A stretch of 64,000 nucleotides of DNA. Origin: Antedon mediterranea. Lineage: Eukaryota; Animalia; Echinodermata. A program made the translations under genes and the position numbers. The notes beneath the pieces are model-generated. The model was not told the origin of the DNA and made no database searches. It was given only the letters and a program-made list of their open reading frames with translations. Positions 62,701 through 64,000 of the stretch are shown in pieces; the stretch's first letter is position 1, and each line of letters opens with the position of its first letter. The DNA is taken from contig NC_092670.1 in assembly GCF_964355755.1 (NCBI RefSeq), forward strand, positions 982,201-1,046,200. Direction: 5' to 3'.

Positions 62701-63805
62701 ACGCTTTGACCTCTTCTAGGTCAACTACTTGATTTTCTAATTCTCTGACCTAGGGATAAAGAAAACATTTTATTGTATTGTAGATAAAGGTATTTTGTTA
62801 AACCTACTGTAAGTATAGATTATTACTATAGAAATACTGTTTACTGTACCCAACTGGCCTATTGTAGCAATGTATTCTAGTTAAAGTTAGCTAGTTATCA
62901 TATAATGATTAGAGTATTGTTACTGAACAATAGCAACCCCTTACCCTATCACTGAGTTCTAAGACATCACTTTCCGAGGCTGCATAATCACCGAGACCAT
63001 TAGACATGACGCCATTTTGAAGATTGTTGGATGAAGATGAACGATACAATTGGCTGAAATATTCAAGAGAAATTGAATCAGATATAGTGTCCACATTTTC
63101 ATGTCATTTATATAGAAACATACAGAACATTAATTCTAAACCGCCCGGTGATATACTGAAATTTAATTAATTAATTTTTTTTATTTTTTATTTTATTTAT
63201 TTAGGCAAATTGCCAAGGATAACCATAAGCGAATTCATTCACTATCCTTCTTAAAGGTGGCAATCCGTTCACGAGACAAACATATACACAAGATGCTCTA
63301 CATTAACAAAGTCTTTGGGAGTGGAGTTGTAAATTGTCATTAGAAAAAAATCCTGACATATGACAGGACTTGAACCCAGGACCCTTGGATTGGCAGCCAA
63401 GCATCGTAACCACCAGGCCACAACTCCACTCCAATTTGAAACGATAAAGATGAGGAAATCATATATATACAGTATATATATATATATATATATATATTTC
63501 ATTTTACATATTTGCAATTTTTTAGTACAGTAGTAGTAGTAGTTTAATATCACCTGCTGCTTTACGGATTTTTTTTTCAAGAGATAAAAACTACTACAAA
63601 ACATTTGGGCGTTTTCGAAATATTCTTCTTCTTCTTGTTAACGTTTTCCGTCTACGCTTTCCACAATTTGTTTCCATTTTTGTCTGTTTATGGCATATTG
63701 TTATTGTGTTAGTGTTTCCGAAATATATAACATCATAATTTCCTGTATTTTTTGCAATTCAATATTGTTTACCTTGCAAATTCGTTCGATGTTACTCTTC
63801 TTGTA
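59575..63805 (-). CDS. RAB11FIP4: Rab11 family-interacting protein 3/4 (nuclear fallout-like), 3' part of gene span
   Basis: Eight phase-consistent exons encode a long coiled coil ending in LKESNDELNAQVI...SFAAEIETASKDDIMQALRDEEKISVELREYIGHILTRILEHNPSLLEI, a class II FIP Rab-binding domain. FIP3 versus FIP4 cannot be resolved. Confidence 0.88.
60090..60239 (-). CDS. RAB11FIP4: RAB11FIP3/4 exon (ENALLKESNDELNAQVI...SFAAEIETASKDD)
   Basis: 150 nt, phase 0/0, NxELNxQ and SxAAEI motifs. Confidence 0.9.
60342..60500. mobile_element. MITE family A copy
   Basis: TCTGTCTGCACTATCAAA ... TTTGATAGTGTAGACAGAG, with the shared core. Confidence 0.72.
60602..60748 (-). CDS. RAB11FIP4: RAB11FIP3/4 coiled-coil exon (LIDEMNVEIEDLRRYREE...QFKQVKQ)
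   Basis: 147 nt, tttttag acceptor, GTAAGC donor. Confidence 0.87.
60956..61616. mobile_element. Tc1/mariner(pogo)-like MITE
   Basis: TA|CCGTACTGACGCGGGTATAAGCCCA ... TGGGCTTATACCCGCGTCAGTACGG|CA; multiple GGGCTTATACCC subterminal repeats. Confidence 0.85.
61778..61997 (-). CDS. RAB11FIP4: RAB11FIP3/4 coiled-coil exon (IAEIEDERNDFLGDLPKIKKENESLRKE...)
   Basis: 220 nt, ttttacag acceptor, GTGAGT donor, phase 2 to 0. Confidence 0.87.
62198..62247 (-). CDS. RAB11FIP4: RAB11FIP3/4 exon (SKQEKELRSEIDNLQS)
   Basis: 50 nt, ttttcag acceptor, GTAAGT donor, phase 0 to 2. Confidence 0.85.
62321..62456. mobile_element. MITE family A copy
   Basis: AAGCTCTGCCTACGTTATCAAACTAG ... TTGATAGTGTGAACAGAG, with the shared core. 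Confidence 0.7.
62555..62749 (-). CDS. RAB11FIP4: RAB11FIP3/4 exon (VRELENQVVDLEE...KMRSETTHLREQLNQMEEQIRE...KHKEAM)
   Basis: 195 nt, phase 0/0, heptad-rich. Confidence 0.87.
62945..63053 (-). CDS. RAB11FIP4: RAB11FIP3/4 exon (QLYRSSSSNNLQNG...ESDVLELSDR)
   Basis: 109 nt, tttcag acceptor, GTAAGG donor, phase 2 to 0. Confidence 0.8.
63361..63427 (-). mobile_element. tRNA-like SINE head or tRNA pseudogene
   Basis: A box TGGCCTGGTGG and B box GGTTCAAGTCC are present, but there is no paired acceptor stem. Confidence 0.6.
63773..63805 (-). CDS. RAB11FIP4: RAB11FIP3/4 short 33-nt exon (TRRVTSNEFAS)
   Basis: ctttgatttcag acceptor, GTAAAC donor, phase 2/2, open frame. Confidence 0.68.
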
Positions 63806-64000
63806 CTGAAATCAAAGATAAAAACACATTATAAAGAATATGGTATATAAAGACGTAGAGACTTCACTTAACACACCATGTAATGGATAACAGCATACAC
63901 TAATGTAAATGTGTAGTGCCATGCTAAGAATAACCACCAACTAGTGTCTTATTTCAAAGCACCTACTTAATGACATTCAGTCTATTATTTCTCAGAAAAT

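Noticed and set aside
63361-63427. Functional tRNA-Gly(GCC) gene
   Set aside because: A and B boxes are present, but the acceptor stem does not pair and the anticodon loop is irregular. SINE head or pseudogene is more likely.

Overview
This is AT-rich eukaryotic (metazoan) genomic DNA, not prokaryotic. It is probably from an invertebrate deuterostome such as an echinoderm, but that is inferred from protein similarity and repeat types only. Three intron-containing genes lie in tandem on the minus strand. (1) The 3' part of a RAB11FIP3/4 (nuclear fallout-like) gene: 8 exons at 59575-63805, continuing beyond the window. (2) A complete lethal(2) giant larvae (LLGL/Lgl) gene at 14969-54061: about 24 exons reconstructed by hand with consistent splice phases, about 1150 aa. 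(3) The first two coding exons of a Rab26/Rab37-type GTPase at 7058-10764. Introns and intergenic DNA are full of non-autonomous transposons (Kolobok-, Harbinger- and Tc1/mariner-like elements, a long foldback, a Helitron, tandem Helentron/HINE-like units), two truncated LINEs, tRNA-derived SINEs and several minisatellites. The most notable observations are a 10.5-kb U12-type (minor spliceosome) intron in Lgl, candidate microexons and alternative C-termini of Lgl, a three-level nest (Helitron in LINE in 44-bp minisatellite), and a YID-to-YIG change in the FIP Rab11-binding motif. I found no convincing evidence for a wholly new biological system. Most ORFs in the supplied track are spurious.
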